A program made the translations under genes and the position numbers. This document shows positions 13,741 through 25,470 of a DNA stretch of 64,000 nucleotides, piece after piece. The stretch's first letter is position 1, and every line of letters starts with the position of its first letter. Origin of the DNA: Hypanus sabinus (lineage: Eukaryota). The stretch covers positions 36,518,001-36,582,000 of the forward strand of contig NC_082733.1 in NCBI RefSeq assembly GCF_030144855.1, read 5' to 3'. The notes beneath the pieces are model-generated. The model had not been told where the DNA came from. It ran no database searches and saw only the letters and a program-made list of their open reading frames with translations.

Positions 13741-13979
13741 CCACTTAAGGTTTAATTGGCATTCAACCATACACAAATACTCATGAATACAGCCAAATAT
13801 GATGGTGTTACTCTGGGGCCAAGGTGCAAATCACCGTACCAACAGTCACACATGGCACGGGACACACATAAGATATAAGTAAAATATAATCACACACAAA
13901 AAAATGTAGCCCAAGACCCTGAGTCCATGAACATTGCAGCATTCAGGATAAGCTGTCTCTTGATTGGATCCCTTTTCCA

Positions 13980-14490
13980 CCATCAGCGCACCAAAGATGG
14001 CTGTGTGAACTATTTACAAAATGGACTCCGGGATATGGCAATACAACTCTATCACTCCTATACCTTTGCTAACAAGCTCCAGTGCGGACAACACAAAGGA
14101 TCTGCAGGTTTCCCTTAATTTATCACACCATGGATCCAGGTATACCACACTTTCTACACTTTCAGGCTGACTCTATCACCAGTATTGCTCTTCAGAGTTC
14201 ACTTCCTGAAAACAAACTGGATCACTTTCATCTGCAACTGACCCAGTACGAGATGAGGAACTGCTGCATTCTTATTCTTGTAGAAACATAGCTCCAGGAC
14301 AACATCCCTTGCACCATAAATCTTGAGGTCATGCCACTCAGAGACTTGTGCTAATATTATTTTCTGACTGTATTGTTCTTTATTGTAACTGTTTGTGCCA
14401 TGTGTGACTGTATTGTGTTTTGTATTTTAGCCCCAGAGGAATGAGGTTTTGTTTAGCTGTATGCATTTTTTTGGTTGACTGACAATAAAC
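13980..14490 (+). mobile_element. Rex1-type LINE, 5' AP-endonuclease fragment fused to 3' tail
   Basis: ORF 14082..14291: LPENKLDHFHLQLTQYEMRNCCILILVET matches the APE N-terminus (SLxNK...RxCC...FTETW). Confidence 0.65.
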
Positions 14491-14504
14491 TAGATCTATA
14501 TTCT

Positions 14505-14713
14505 CAAAATACTGGTGGAACACAGCAGGCTAGGCAGCATCTATAGGGAGAAGCGCTGTCGACGTTTCAGGCCGAGACCCTTCGTCAGGACAGGTCTCGG
14601 ACCAAAACGTCGACAACGCTTCTCCCTATAGATGCTGCCTAGCCTGCTGTGTTCCACCAGCATTTTGTGTGTGGTGTTGTTTGAATTTCCAGCATCTGCA
14701 GATTTCCTCGTGT
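14505..14713. mobile_element. Young palindromic PLE-derived element
   Basis: ~75-bp near-perfect inverted arms (14505-14579 / 14593-14667); 14-bp TSD TAGA(T/A)CTATATTCT at 14491-14504 and 14714-14727. Confidence 0.85.
14557..14592 (-). ncRNA. Minimal type-I hammerhead ribozyme motif, best-preserved copy
   Basis: Reverse complement: TGTC-CTGACGA-AGGGTCTCGGCCT-GAAA-CGTC-GACA (stem I TGTC/GACA, GUC cleavage triplet). Confidence 0.75.
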
Positions 14714-16557
14714 TAGAACTATATTCTGTTGCACTCTGCCTAACTGCTTTATCTGACCTGACCCACTCCTTGCCATACATATAAGAATCTTGGATGTGTT
14801 GTTAATCTGTTGGAGAAGAAACTAGCAGTTAAATAACCATTTAGTGATCCTCCTTCCGTTCCCCCCAACTTTTTATTCTGGCATCTTCCCCCTTTTTCTC
14901 TGGTCTTGAAGAAGTGGGCCCAAAATGTTGACTGTTTATTCATTTCCATAGATGCTGCCTGACCTGCTGAGTTCCTCCAGCATTTTGTGTGTGTCGCTTT
15001 GGATTTCCAGTATCTGCAGACTTTCTTATGTATCTAATTAAATAAACTGAAACTTGAAAGTTACCTTTTTTCCCCTTCGCAAATTGTCCTGACCTGTGCC
15101 AAAGCAATATGGCCCAACCAAGGTGAATGATTTATGAGGAATGTGTCTGACCTGACACAATCGGGTCTTTGAGTTGGTTGGCCAGTTTCTATTCTAGGTT
15201 GTATCATTTACTCTAAGGATTAAAAACTAGGAGATTGGCAAACAATTTGCAAGTCAAGCCTTTTTCCATGTAATTGTTGGCAACCCATCCAAATCACATC
15301 AGTGCTCTAATTATGCCACTTTTTCCTCTTATCCACAACGGAATGAGATCGCATTTCTCTTGGAAGATGTTTGTCAGCGGTCAAGTCATCACTGCAGTCC
15401 TTGAAGCTGGTCATCTCAGTGTACAACGCCCACCTTGCCCACTTCCCGAGAGTATCTGTATTCGGCCTTTAAGCATCCAGTACTCTACTTTCCCAGTTTC
15501 CTTGTGAATACCAGTGAGTGGTCAGTGTTTTTACCTGGATTGGAGTGTGTCATGATAACGTTTCTTGTCTGGAAAGAAGTCTTTTGCTGACACTGTCTGC
15601 TTTATTTTGTTTTTGAAATGTAAAGTAAAAACAAGTTGGCAGCCAGAACTCTCTCCAAGAGAAGCACGAAACGCCAAACATTCAGAAGGAACAGAGCCAA
15701 GTTCAAGTTAATAAGCAGCTCTTGATTTGCCAAAGTCAAATTCCTAGAGTATTTTGGACTCCTTATCTAAGAAAGGATGTGTTTGCCAAAAAGGGATTGC
15801 AGCAAAGATTGACTAACTTGATGCCTGAAACGGTGGAGCAGTCACGTGAAGGGAGATTGGGTTAGTTAGGCCTGTGTTCATTAAAATAATAAAGTTTAAT
15901 GTTGATGTTCAGCACATTACAGGCCCTCAAGCCCAATGGGCCCACACAGCCCAACTACACCCGTGTGACCAACTAGCCTACAAACCCATACATATTTGTA
16001 ATGTGGGAGGAATCTTGATGAAATGCACATGGTCACGGGGAGGACATACAAACTCTTTCAACAGCGGCAGAGTTGAACCACAGTCAATAGTGCTGTAATC
16101 GTGTATCTCTAACTTCTATGCTACTCTGCCATGCCAGTTTTTGGAAATACTCCTGGTCAGGCCGGATGCATGGAACAAAAGATATTTAATATTTCAGGTT
16201 TAGGTCTAGGTCCCATCTTTATGACCAGCAAAGAGGAAAAAAGCCAACAAAAATTGGGAAGGGCTGTGGATGGCCCAAAGGGACTTTCTCCAATTGGGTG
16301 AGATCAAATGAACTTAATTGGCATAGTGTGATGTGCTTTTACTGTGCTCACAAGAGTTAAGAGCGATGGGAGGAGATCTCACTGAAATGCACTGGTCTGA
16401 TGAAGTCCGATTGAAGGGGGGCGCAGGTACGGCTCGAAAATGCACTGAAGGTTGGGTCTCAGCCTGTGGTGTAAGATTTAACTGGAGAGAAGAAATTCTT
16501 CAAGTTGTGGTGAACCTTTGAAGTTCTCTATTGGCATGCTGTGGAGGCGAAGTCGCT

Positions 16558-16843
16558 CAGCGCCACAGTAGCGTAGCAGATAGTGCAATGCTATTCTAGC
16601 TCGAGGCGTCGGAGTTCAATTTCAGCATCCTCTGTAAGCTTATTTGTACATACCTCCTTGAGTGCGTGTAGATTTCCTCTGGGTGTGCTGGTTTACTCCC
16701 ACAGTGCCAAGACAAACGAGGTAGTAGGGTCATTGTAAATTGTCCCTTGATTAGGCTAGGGTTAAATCAGTGGGTTGCAGAACAACGTGCCTCAAAGGGT
16801 CAGAAGTGCCTATTCAGCACTGTATCTCCTAAATAAATGAAAC
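16558..16843 (+). mobile_element. V-SINE (HE1-like) nested in a decayed CR1
   Basis: tRNA-like head (agtagcgtagc...ggagttcaatt), V-domain (ttcctctgggtgtgctggtttactcccacag), CR1-like tail. Further copies near 16000, 22580-22790, 25010-25215, 28070, 41050, 44455, 49940 and 55790. Confidence 0.7.
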
Positions 16844-18381
16844 TCAAGGACTGAATCACCTCTTATTTTCTATGCAATTTTTCAGAGCTGAGGCTTTCAA
16901 CACATTGTAATGTGTATACATGTTACATTACAGTACTGTAAATGATATATATCTCCTCAAAAAGCATATATAGGCAATACAGAGCTTTTGAAAAGTTTTA
17001 TCACACCCATAGTACTGTGCAAAAGTCTTAGAAATATATATATATATATGCTGTGACTAAAACTTATCAAAAACTGTAAATGTGCTAAATCACTTCCAAA
17101 ATACAATTTGGTCAAACCATTCATGGGGAAGGAGGAAGTTATAAGGGTGAGAATATTTTTGTAAGAACTTTTGAATATGTCATTGAGCTGTAGCAGGGCA
17201 GAGTGGGATGTTGTAAAGCAAGTTTTGAGTGTTGTCAGTGGGTGTAGAGGGAGCAGTGCACCAGATAACTGAACGTGCAAACACTGAAGGTAGAGTCAGG
17301 GTGGGCGGCAGGTGAGTTTATAACCTGGTGTAAGAGGAGTTCAAGAAAGATATTGGATCAGATGGATTTTGCAGAGCTCAGCTGGAGTAGTTTATACAGT
17401 ACCAATTACAAATTCGAATCACAGAACCCGCCGTCAGTTCAGTTCTAGCACCTGCTTTTGCATTAAATCGCTTCCTGTGCTAATGTATTAATATATTTGA
17501 GGGAAACCCCGAACTCTCTGCCATAAAAAGTGGTTCAACCAACCCAGTCGGTTTTGTTGGTGATTTCTCCAAATGATTGTATGTTGCCATTCTAATCTGC
17601 TTGCTATCCATTCCTCAGTTTTGCAGGCAACCATTTAAAAATTGTTTCAGTGGAGCTGCCTTTTGAGGCATTACTAAGGTTGTCTGTTTAAGTGCCTTCC
17701 TACCGGTCCAAGAGCTAAAAATAACTGCCCTAGCCACAGGATTTTAAGACTGCACAGTTTTAGTCACATATTTTGCGAGCTAAAGAATGCATTGCAGTTC
17801 CCATCCCTCACACTGGAAACTATTAACAGCCAAACTAAGCACCAAACACATTTCCTTAGTGTAACGCTGCTCTTACAGATGTGTCTCTCTTCACCTCAGA
17901 AAGAGATGCTTTCACAATGGTTAGTAGGGTGATTTTGACAGCATCTTGTTTGAGAGTGTTCCTTATTTATCATTGGTTGCATGGGACCATATGGATATGA
18001 CAATGAGATCGCAAGTACTTGAAGTTCAGATTTTGATGGGATCCTTGAATATAGCTGATGCTCTTGAAACTTATTTCACTCTGCTGAACCCAAGTAGATG
18101 GCTTATTGTAGATTGTCATCTTGCACACTGTTGACTCGCGTGTAAGAAGTAAATTAGCAGCACAGTGAAATGGGACCATAAAAACACTAATTTCTTATGA
18201 GAAATCATGTAACAGCATTATGAAAAATCTTTTTTTTCTCCTTGCAGTGGTCAAAGATAGCAATTATTGCAAATTTCCTGTTAATAGTTTGCTTCTGGTT
18301 TTGCCCTGGTTCCAATGTTCGTACCGATCCCTTGTGAGATTCCCTGAGGTGACAGGGGATTTCTTGGTAGGTTTATAGCTG

Positions 18382-18712
18382 ATAGACAATAGGTGCAGAA
18401 GTAGACCATTCGGCCCTTCGAGCCTGCACCGCCATTCTGAGATCATGGCTGATCATCTACTATCAATACCCGGTTCCTGCCTTGTCCCCATATCCCTTGA
18501 ATCCCCTATCCATAAGATACCTATCTAGCTCCTTCTTGAAAGCATCCAGAGAATTGGCCTCCACTGCCTTCTGAGACAGTGCATTCCACATCCCCACAAC
18601 TCTCTGGGAGAAGAAGTTTTTCCTTAACTCTGTCCTAAATGACCTACCCCTTATTCTTAAACCATGCCCTCTGGTACTGGACTCTCCCAGCATCTGGAAC
18701 ATATTTCCCGCT
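18382..18712 (-). mobile_element. Young 5'-truncated CR1 3' end, same subfamily as 25471-27641
   Basis: Near-identical to 25478-25810; ORF end ...ELDRYLMDRGFKGYGDKAGTGY*. Confidence 0.92.
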
Positions 18713-19267
18713 TGTGGGCTTTCAGTGAAAGCACCGTTAACATCCGTACATGAATCCATCTTAGTTTTACAATCGATCATTCACTCCAAGGGACTGTTCT
18801 GGATTGTATGAAGGAGAATTTTGTTGTTTTTTGGGATTTGTGATGATGCAGTTAATGCCAAAGGTCTCCAGTGCAAACTAATGTTGGAAGTACACTGATA
18901 TGGAGCTCTGGCAGACAATTCGCTTGTGGCAAAGCCAAGTGATTGAGATGGTAACCTGTTTCGATGTTGCTGGTTTGGGTATAAATGTTGGTGATGACAC
19001 CTTGTCGTCATCCCTGCTGATCTTTGAATACATGCATAACTTCACTCACCTCAGCACTGAGCTGATTCCACAATCAATGGACTTGGCTTCAAAGACTCCA
19101 CAACACATGCTCTCGGTATTATTTACTTATTGATTTAATATAATTCTTAATTGTTTTTTGTATTTGCACAGTTTGTCTTTCACACTTTAGTGTTTGTCAG
19201 TATTATCTTTTGTATTGTTTGATTGCAGGCACCCTTTGTAGCACTGAGATATAACTGACAAGAAACA

Positions 19268-19950
19268 AAGTACAAAGTAAATTTAATATCAAAGTACCTT
19301 GAGAGATTGGTTTTCTTGCAGACATTCACAGTACAGCAAAGGAAATATAATAGAATCTATGAAAAGCAACACACACAAAATGCTGGAGGAATTTTGCAAC
19401 TCACGTAGCATCTATGGAAAAGAGTAAACAGTCAACATCTCTGGCCGAGATCCTTTATCAAGACCATTGATGGGAATCAATGAAAAACTGCACATAAATA
19501 AAGACAGGCAAACAACCAATGTACAAAATAAGCCAAGCTGTGCAAATTAAGATAATCATAATAAGTAACCAGTATATGAATTATACTGAGAACATGAGCT
19601 GTAGGGACCTTGAAAGTGAGTCCATAGGTTGTGGAATCAGTTCAGTGTTGAGGTGAGTGAAGTTATCTACACAGTTTCAGGAACCTGATGGTTGAAGGGT
19701 AATAACAGTTTCTGAACCTGGCTGTGTGGAACCTAAGGACCCTGTACCTACCTCCCCAATGGCTGAAGTGAGAAGAGAGTATGGCCTTGGATGGTGGGTG
19801 GTCCTTGATAATGGATGCCACTTTCTTGTGGCAGTGCTCCAGTAGTGTGCTCAGTGATGGAGGAGGCTTGTCCTGTGATTGACTGGGCTGCATCCACCAC
19901 TCTTTGTAGGGTACTGGTGTTTCCATACCAGGCAGTGATGCAACCAATCT
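19268..19950 (-). mobile_element. Rex1-type LINE 3' region with nested PLE fragment (19366-19473)
   Basis: ORF 19663..19947(-) KVASIIKDHP...GGRYRVLRFHTARFRNCYYPSTIRFL; nested piece flanked by GAATC(T/A)ATGAAAA. Confidence 0.75.
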
Positions 19951-19996
19951 ATGTACTGGTTTTGTTTGACATATCTTCTCTTCAGTTGTAAAATGG

Positions 19997-20525
19997 TTCC
20001 TTAAGTTTGTTATTGCTGGGATTGGTAGTGGGCATGAGCTCCCACTACCTGCTAAATGCTCCCAGAGACACGAGTCTCAAATAGACTTTGACGACCAACT
20101 CTATCTCCTGGCCTTCAACTTGTGGCCTAGCTACTAAACCCCATGGAACCGTTTCTGCTGTCAGAAGAGGGAGCAAAGGCGGGTTACTAGCACCTTAAAA
20201 CCAGTCGCTAGCTCATCTAGGAGAAGGAAAACTCAAGATCTCAAACTTCTGCTGCCTTGCAGCTATACCCACATTCATGGGAAATGTCTTGGGAGAAAAC
20301 CCTGAAGAAAAATCCAGAGCTGCAGTCCTATGTTGAACACCTGTGACGCTGCTGGTGACGAGGTGCCTCAGTCTCTGCTGTTCCTTCAGAGTCAGCAGGA
20401 CTTGGAGAGGGGGAGCCTGCTTGCTTGCTCTCCATACCACACTGCCCTGGATTGTGTCCTGGCTTGTGTATGATGTTGACAGCTGGGATGCAACATCACG
20501 GTCAACCCCAACAACAGAGGCCCTC
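19997..20525 (+). mobile_element. Non-autonomous retroelement, tentatively RTE-derived (second copy 47834-48380)
   Basis: Two colinear copies in opposite orientation; contains gctcatctaggagaaggaaaactc...aaac, resembling RTE 5'UTR motifs. Confidence 0.5.
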
Positions 20526-20545
20526 AAAATTGCAAGTGCAACATA

Positions 20546-21076
20546 CGCTCAGTGGCCACTTTATTAAGAAAACTTGCACACCTGCTCATTATTGCATATG
20601 TCTAATTATCCAACCATGTGGCAGCTACTCAATGCATAAAAGCATGCAGACATGATCAAGAGGTTTAGTTGTTGTTCAGGCCAAACATCAGAAAGGGGAA
20701 GAAATGTGATCTGAGTGACTTTGACAGTGGAATGATCGTTAGTACTAAATGAGGAGGTTTGAGTATCTCAGGAACTGCTGATCTCCTGGGATTTTCACGC
20801 ACATGTCTCCAGTGCTTACAGAGAATGGTGTGAAAAACAAAAAGACACAGTGAGTGGCAGTTCTGTGGGCAGAAACACCTTGTTAATGAGAGAGGTCAGA
20901 GGAGAATAACCAGACTGGTTCAAACTGAGAGGAAAGTGACATAACTCAGACAACCATATGTTACCACAGTGGTGTGCTGAAGAGCGGGACACAAATGTCA
21001 AACCTCTTGGTGGCTAGGCTACAGCAGCAGAAGACCATGAACATATACGTAAGTGGCCACTTATTAAGCACAGGTA
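20546..21076 (+). mobile_element. Internally deleted Tc1-like transposon (family A)
   Basis: TA+CGCTCAGTGGCCACTTTATT terminus; decayed transposase N-terminus GKKCDLSDFDSGMI...GLSISGTADLLGFS. Confidence 0.8.
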
Positions 21077-21089
21077 AGGCAATGTGTTC

Positions 21090-21278
21090 CCCCTTCCCCC
21101 CACACCTTGTTTGGAAGCAACCTTGTCTTTTCTTTAGCATTTTGTCTGTTCTTTTTTGTGACCAAGTTGCTGGCTTGATGCTCAATCCAGCACAGATGGA
21201 GTGTGCAAGGATCCGGCTGGATTTGAACCCAGGATCTTGTGTTCCAAAGTCCAAGTGCGGAACCACTTCACTGCCGGC
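21090..21278 (-). mobile_element. tRNA-derived SINE with RTE-like body and tail (second copy 35540-35740)
   Basis: Reverse complement: A-box-like tgaagtgg, B-box ggttcaaatcc, then gctggattgagcatcaagccagcaacttgg. Confidence 0.6.
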
Positions 21279-21684
21279 ACAGACATTAAGTACAGGGCTC
21301 ACCTAGTAAAGTTGCTGCTGTGTGTATTCTTCAGGAGTGAGAGACTGGCATTGTTCCAAGTCTGATGGCTGACCGTATCTCACTTTAATTGGATTTGACA
21401 AGCCATTCAGCTTCAGGATCACTGCTGTCATGTTCGATTCTCTGCGCATTGACTGCCACAGACAGAGATTCACAGCATTTCTATGACGATAGAGATCACT
21501 GTATTAAAAACTGGTTGGCGCCCAAGATAGTTATCCTCCATCCTTCTTCAATCCCAAGCCCAACTTCAATCAAGAGTATTGAAGCATTGCTTTCTGTCCA
21601 AGGTTATCCTAATCAGCCGAGACCGGTGTTAGAACCAGGGACCTTTGTGTCTACTTAATTCTTGGTGCTCTTTCATTTAATCTG

Positions 21685-21925
21685 TAGGGCATTGGTTCAA
21701 GACCCACTCCAGAGATTTGGAGTCATGAGATTGGCACTTCTGTGTTGTACTAATAAGCTGCCCCACTGGTGAATAAGACGTTAGACTGAGCACCTGGCAC
21801 TCTTGCTCAGCTGACTATAGAAGATTCCAGTGTTGTATTGGAAGAACAGGGGATTTTGGGTGTTCTGATGAGCAATTAGCCGACTACTTCACTGCCACTG
21901 ATCCATGCTGTTTCGTAAATTGTTA
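21685..21925 (+). mobile_element. SacSINE1/DeuSINE-like ancient SINE
   Basis: ggttcaagacccactccagaga head and aagacgttagactgag...aagattccagtg...gaagaacagggga...gtgttctg, resembling the Deu domain. Confidence 0.6.
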
Positions 21926-22340
21926 ATTTACGACTTTGGTGGCACAGCCAACACACACTGCTTCTGATTTGAACCGTTCCAATCCTTCTAGAGAAAGTGT
22001 TGATGGGGAGGAAGTTCCTGGATTTAGGACCAGAGGTGCTGAAGGAACAGTGGCACCGTTCCAAGTTGGCGTGACAGGAGGAATTACAAACACTGTCGCC
22101 AGATGAAGGAGCCTTAGTGTCTTGCAGATGGCATCTGCATACCCAGGCTCCTTGTAAACCTGGCCCTTGGTGGCAGAACCCTAATGTTTGGATACTACTG
22201 TCAGAAGAGTCTATATAATAAAACAAATGGAACTTGCTTATTTTCAACACTCCACCCACGTGGAAGAGCTGACAAAGACTGGGTCAAGTCCACTCACCTG
22301 ACTGTGCCCCACATCTGAGTGGGTATGACCAGCAGCATAC

Positions 22341-22469
22341 NNNNNNNNNNNNNNNNNNNNNNNNNNNNNNNNNNNNNNNNNNNNNNNNNNNNNNNNNNNN
22401 NNNNNNNNNNNNNNNNNNNNNNNNNNNNNNNNNNNNNNNNNNNNNNNNNNNNNNNNNNNNNNNNNNNNN
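22341..22469. other. Assembly gap (129 N)
   Basis: Run of N. Confidence 1.
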
Positions 22470-22579
22470 AGTCTGTAGACTGTAGGTTGTGGAGTTAGTT
22501 CAGAGTTCAGGTGAGTGAATTTATCCATGCCTATTCAAGGGTCTGATAGCTATAAGAAATGGTTCAATTCTATATACTT

Positions 22580-22790
22580 CATTTATTTCTGGCATTTTTG
22601 AGCAGTGTTGCCCCAGCAACCCTTAATTTAATCCCAGCCTAATCACAGGACGATTTACAATGACCAATTAACCTACCAACTGGTATGTCTTTGGACCCTG
22701 GGAGGAAACCAGAGCACCCGGAGTGAACCCACAAGGTCATGGGGAGAAAATGCAAACTCCTTACAGACAGCAACGGGAACGAGTTTCCCG
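22580..22790 (-). mobile_element. V-SINE (HE1-like)
   Basis: Reverse-complement V-domain: gggaggaaaccagagcacccggag...ggggagaaaatgcaaactccttacagac. Confidence 0.75.
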
Positions 22791-24334
22791 CGTAGCTCTC
22801 CTTTTTCTACCATCCATGTGCCTATCTGAGTTTTTTTAATTGTCCCTATTGATTTTACATCTTCCACCATTCCTGGCAGTGCATTCCATGTAACCACCAC
22901 TCTGCCTTTTTAAAAAAAAACTGCCTTTGACATCGGTCTTGTACTTTTCTTCCAATCACCTTAAAATTATGCCCTTTGGTACTAGTCATTTCCACGCTCT
23001 GTGTCGATTTGATTTAAAAAGAAGTATGCCTGCTTCACACAGACCGTGCTGGAGATTAGGATTGAACCTGGCTCTTTGGAGCTGTGAGGCAGAGGCTTTA
23101 CCCACTACACCACTCTGCAGCCCTTTTAGTTAAGGTAGACAAACCTGGAAATACCTCTGAAAATGCGTAGCTCGGGTGGCTGATGATTGGATTGATTTGT
23201 TCTCCGATCTTGGCAATCCATTTGCAAAAGTCTTGTAACCATAAGAGGATGATGTCTGGTCATATGGTTATGAAATGTTGGCAAATGCATTGCCAAGATT
23301 GGAGAACAACGGAACCCAACCGCAAATGAATCTAATAATATCTACCCACCCATCCCTCTTTCATGGACCTGGTTACAACATGATGCATTGAAATAGTTTG
23401 GAACACAAGCAATCCAGCAAAATATTTTCCTTTTTTGTTAATGTCCTAAGTCACATTGAGGTGGTAAGAGGAAGCTAAATTAAGAACTTCTCCCTTTCCT
23501 TTCCAGCTGGGCCTCAGAGGAATGCTTTTGGGCAAAATATTAAGGAAATCATTCCACAGAAGAGTGTAAAAACACTTCAAAAATAAAACAATACATATTG
23601 GTCAATTTGAGGTTTTTCATATCCTAGTTTATAAGGTATTTATACTAGGTACAATGTCCGGAAATCTCATTTGGTTATGCTTCATTTGCTTGTAAATCAG
23701 TGCTGGCAAGTGGCTGGTATTGCAGCAGCTGTTTCAATACATTTAATCTTTTCAGACACCATTGGCAATGGGAGTCACGGAGGTTTTCTGTTAATTAGAA
23801 GCAAGTTTTGTGTTTTCTTGGAACAAGGGAAAGCAAACAGCTTCATTTTTAACTTCAACACTTCTTAAAAATTCTCTTAACAAGCAGTTGGTGCTAGATC
23901 AAAAACAAAATGGAAGAAAATTAATTGACAGTAGTTCAAAATGTGCTACATGTGCTGCACATTAAATGCTATTGCAAGATCTGTTTTCTTCAGAGCAGAC
24001 ATGAACTCTGAAGGATACCTTCAGTTGACTGATACCTTGGTGAAATAAAACATGAGGTTTATGATTTTTTTTTTGGATGCCTCATTAAAGTAAACAGTAA
24101 GTTCTGGAGAAAGACAGAAAGAATCTGAAGTGAAACTTCTTCCACACGGAAGGTGGTGGTATGTGGAATGAGCTGCCAAAAGAAGCTGTAAAGCTCAGTT
24201 ATATTTGTCAAATGTACACAGCAACAACATACGGTGAAATACATGTTGTTTTGCATCATTGACCAATGCGGTCTGAGATGTGTTGAGTGCAGCCTGCAAG
24301 TGTTGCCATGATCCCAGCACCAACAGAGAAAGCC

Positions 24335-24835
24335 TGATTTTGTGTATTTAATATTTCAGTCGGTCATGCCGTGTTCTCATTGTTACCATCAGGAAGGAGG
24401 TACAGAAGCTTGAAGGCGCACACCCTGTGATTGAGGAACAGCTTCTTCCCCTCTGTCATCCAATTTTTGAATGGACATTGAACCCATGAACACTACCTCA
24501 CTCCTTTTTCTTTATTTCTATTTTTGTACTAATTTAAATTAACTATTTTATATTTTATTTCATTTTTTTTGTGTTGCATTGTACTGCTGCTGTACTGACA
24601 TGACACATGTCAGTGATATTAATTCTGATTTTGATTCTATTTGATTAATCTTGTAAGTATATTGTTAAGTATTCTTTGTTAAGTTCATTATGGTTATATG
24701 TTTAAAAAAACGTGAAGTGTATGTATCATCATGCTGCCATGTGATATTGCGTGCCTTGCATAATGTAAAAAGCAAAGTACACGCTTTTGTTTTTCTTTGA
24801 ACTGGTTTAATGTTTTCAAGTTACAAAACATACCA
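24335..24835 (+). mobile_element. Gypsy solo LTR interrupted by a Rex1 3' fragment (24361-24637), itself inside a SINE
   Basis: Begins ttgtgtatttaatatttcagt and ends ttacaaaacatacca, matching the LTR at 55978-56159. Confidence 0.65.
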
Positions 24836-24968
24836 CCCATGGTTTACTAACCCTACCTTTCATGTCTTTGGAATGTGGGTGGAAACTAGAGCACGCGGAG
24901 GAAAAAGCTGAGGTTGTAAAGTGTTTATGCCAACCACCACTGTATTGTGCTTCCCTTAAAAATACTTC

Positions 24969-25240
24969 CGCCCAATGTGGATCTCAAACCCATGATCCTG
25001 GGATCAAGGGATATTATTTATTTATTTATTTATATGGAGATGCAATGTGAAACAGGCTCTTCTGGCCCAAATTAGCTGCACCACCAAGCAACACATCCAA
25101 TCAGCTGTCAGCTAACCTACTAACTGGTACGTCTTTGGACTGTGGGAGGAAACACATGCCCTCGTGGCAAGGACGTTCAAACTCCTTATAGAAGACATAA
25201 ATTGAACAATGAACTCTGACAACTGTACCGACTAAGCTAG
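24969..25240 (-). pseudogene. tRNA-Lys(CTT) pseudogene split by a SINE insertion
   Basis: 5' part 25223-25240 (CTAGCTTAGTCGGTACAG) and 3' part 24969-25008 (CTTGATCCCAGGATCATGGGTTTGAGATCCACATTGGGCG) align to vertebrate tRNA-Lys-CTT; T5 run just downstream. Confidence 0.7.
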
Positions 25241-25470
25241 TGATAGAGTACAATTATAATGTTAAAAACACACATCAATATGAATGGAAAAGATCTCGGG
25301 ATTATAGGCCAAATGCCGGGAAAGGGGACTAGTTTAGATAGACACCTTGGCTGACATGAATAAGATGGGCCAAAGGGCCTCTGTCTATGCTTTTTACTCT
25401 TTGGCTCTATAGCTTTTTATCTCTGTGGAGCTGGGCACGAGGATGTTGCCTGGAATGGAGGCCCTCAGTT

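Noticed and set aside
14505-14667. miRNA precursor or DNA-transposon MITE interpretation of the long hairpin
   Set aside because: The arms are PLE 3'-terminal sequence and the 14-bp TSD fits retrotransposition better than a cut-and-paste MITE
18230-18380. Strong acceptor (ttttttttctccttgcag) as a possible coding exon
   Set aside because: Translations are unrecognisable or hit stops, and there is no convincing donor
22244-22528. ORF spanning the N run
   Set aside because: Artefact of the assembly gap
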